This document shows positions 62,609 to 64,000 of a stretch of 64,000 nt of DNA, piece by piece (the stretch's first letter is position 1; every line of letters starts with the position of its first letter). Under the pieces are notes generated by a model. The model made no database searches and was not told the origin of the DNA. It worked only from the letters and a program-made list of their open reading frames with translations. A program made the position numbers and the translations under genes. Origin of the DNA: Chloroflexota bacterium (lineage in GTDB: Bacteria > Chloroflexota > UBA6077 > CF-72); assembly GCA_016191465.1 (NCBI GenBank), contig JACPOP010000015.1, positions 210,261 to 274,260 of the forward strand, in the 5' to 3' direction.

Positions 62609-64000
62609 ATGGAGTCGCGGACCGACCAACCGATGAGCGCGGATACCAACACCACGGCTGAAACCCGCGGCAGCGAGAACACGCTGGATGCGGTTGCCCG
62701 CCTTGATGACTCCAACCGCCGACTGCGGGCGCTCCTTGAGTTCGGCCGTGACCTCCGGGCGCAGATGGACGTCCAGCCCATCGTGTCCCTGCTGGCCAGC
62801 CACGCCATGGAAGGGTCCACTGCCCGTGGCGCGCTTGTCGCGCTGTACGACGCCGGCCTGCGCGAGGTTGGCCGGGTTGCCACTGCCGGCTTGCCGACGG
62901 CGTTCGCCTCGGCGTGGCGCCAGGCGGCGCGGGGAGCGAACGACGGCGAAGGGACCGAGGTGTCGCTCGCGCACACGGGCTCCCCGGGAAATACATGGGT
63001 GGTGTTCGATGGGCAAGGCGACCCACGGCTGCAGCGGGTACGGCACCTCATGGAGCCGCTTGGCCTCGCCTCCGAGGTGGTGATAGCGCTGGAAGCGCGC
63101 GGTGAGTGCCAGGGTATCCTGGTGGCCTACTTCGCCCGTCCGGAGGACGCGCGGGCGGATGAGGTGGCATCACTGGTGGCGATGGCCGACGAGGCCGCCG
63201 TAGCAATTCACAACGCTCGCCTGTATGCCCAAAGCCGTCGTGAGGTACGACGCCGAGATGCCTTGCGGCGCGTCGTGGAGTCGATCTCGTCCGAGCTTGA
63301 CCTTGACAGCCTGTTGCATCGGGTGGTGGAGAGCGCCGTGGAGCTGCTCGAGGCGAACGGCGGCAGCATCACGCTTTTCGACGGGGACGGCGTCACGGCC
63401 CGCATGCGGGCTGTCCATAACCTGCCGAGCTCGCTTGTCGGCCAGACGCTTGCACCGGGCCAGGGCATCACCGGCCTGGTGTTTCAAACGGGCGCGCCGG
63501 TTGTCGTGGCCGACTACTCACAGGACCTGCCCGGACCATTGCCATCGTTGGAGTTCCTGCACGCCTCCATAGCGGTGCCCATCTGGCGGCAGGGCCGGCT
63601 CGTCGGCGGTTTCGCGGTGTTCGACCGCCAGCCGTCACGCATGTTCGACGACGACGACCGGCAGGCGATGGAGCTGCTCGCCAACCACGTGGCGATCGCG
63701 CTCGAGAACGCGCGCCTGTACGCCGAGACGCAGGACCACGTGCATCAACTGGTCGGGTTGCAGAAGCTGAGCGCGGTCATTCTCGAGGAGCACGATTTCG
63801 ATACGGTTCTGCGCGGTATCTGCGAGCAGCTCCTGGCACTCACGGATGCCACGGGCGTGGGACTCGGGCTGCTCGAAGAGCAGGGCCGGTACGTGGAGAT
63901 GCGCACCGTGGTGGGCCCTTCAGCCAAGCTGCTGCGCGGGGCGCGGATTCCACTCGAAGGCTCGTTTGCCGGCGAGGCGCTGCGGACGAACCAGCCCCAG
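62609..64000 (+). CDS. Multi-GAF-domain sensor protein, N-terminal >460 aa (3' end outside window)
   Basis: Absent from the ORF track because there is no stop in the window. The frame is open from TGA 62510-12 and the first ATG is 62609. At least three GAF-like units end in ...LVAMADEAAVAIHNARLYA and ...LLANHVAIALENARLYA. Confidence 0.8.
   Translation, partial: MESRTDQPMSADTNTTAETRGSENTLDAVARLDDSNRRLRALLEFGRDLRAQMDVQPIVSLLASHAMEGSTARGALVALYDAGLREVGRVATAGLPTAFASAWRQAARGANDGEGTEVSLAHTGSPGNTWVVFDGQGDPRLQRVRHLMEPLGLASEVVIALEARGECQGILVAYFARPEDARADEVASLVAMADEAAVAIHNARLYAQSRREVRRRDALRRVVESISSELDLDSLLHRVVESAVELLEANGGSITLFDGDGVTARMRAVHNLPSSLVGQTLAPGQGITGLVFQTGAPVVVADYSQDLPGPLPSLEFLHASIAVPIWRQGRLVGGFAVFDRQPSRMFDDDDRQAMELLANHVAIALENARLYAETQDHVHQLVGLQKLSAVILEEHDFDTVLRGICEQLLALTDATGVGLGLLEEQGRYVEMRTVVGPSAKLLRGARIPLEGSFAGEALRTNQPQ

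Overview
This is a 64-kb, very GC-rich (roughly 68-70% by eye) bacterial chromosomal window with about 60 supportable genes. Nearly all are core housekeeping genes, and many adjacent genes are joined by 4-nt start/stop overlaps. No rRNA gene, CRISPR array or intact transposon was seen. I cannot assign taxonomy. The gene order (yqeY-pgpH-ybeY-dgkA; dnaJ-prmA-rsmE; HspR-type heat-shock control) looks like a monoderm Terrabacteria lineage such as Chloroflexota, Thermomicrobia or Actinobacteria.

Genes found, by function:
- Stringent response and queuosine: rel, and divergent tgt/queA.
- Central metabolism: acs, sucCD, proline dehydrogenase.
- Fatty-acid synthesis: fabF-accB-fabH.
- Bacillus-like blocks: yqeY-pgpH-ybeY-dgkA and dnaJ-prmA-rsmE-HIT.
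- Translation and transport: valS, and a livKHMGF amino-acid ABC operon.
- Heat shock: grpE <-> hspR-dnaK, then htrA.
- RNA and ions: one tRNA-Gly(CCC), corA.
- Cell envelope (notably many): YfhO-family protein, SH3-repeat glucosaminidase, LysMx4-3D protein, SH3 membrane protein, L,D-transpeptidase.

The only clearly accessory DNA is a ~1.87-kb decayed integrative element at 27386..29210. It sits exactly at the 3' end of dnaJ and is bracketed by a 45-bp duplication of the dnaJ terminus (43/45 identical; both differences are synonymous). It carries a truncated tyrosine-integrase fragment, a SWIM-like ORF, an XRE regulator with a palindromic operator, and an overlapping antitoxin/RelE-ParE toxin pair. 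It splits the conserved dnaJ-prmA operon.

Secondary observations:
- Structured leaders upstream of two cell-wall hydrolase genes share ydaO/c-di-AMP-riboswitch-like sequence blocks (unverified).
- A HAIR-like operator lies between grpE and hspR.
- A perfect 12-bp tandem direct repeat lies upstream of htrA.
- A divergent pair of paralogous zinc-ribbon proteins is present, one with an AT-hook.
- There are two degenerate orphan receiver domains.
- An epimerase carries an inserted zinc ribbon.
- A 27-codon hydrophobic uORF precedes corA.

All homology calls are motif recognition by eye; no searches were run.
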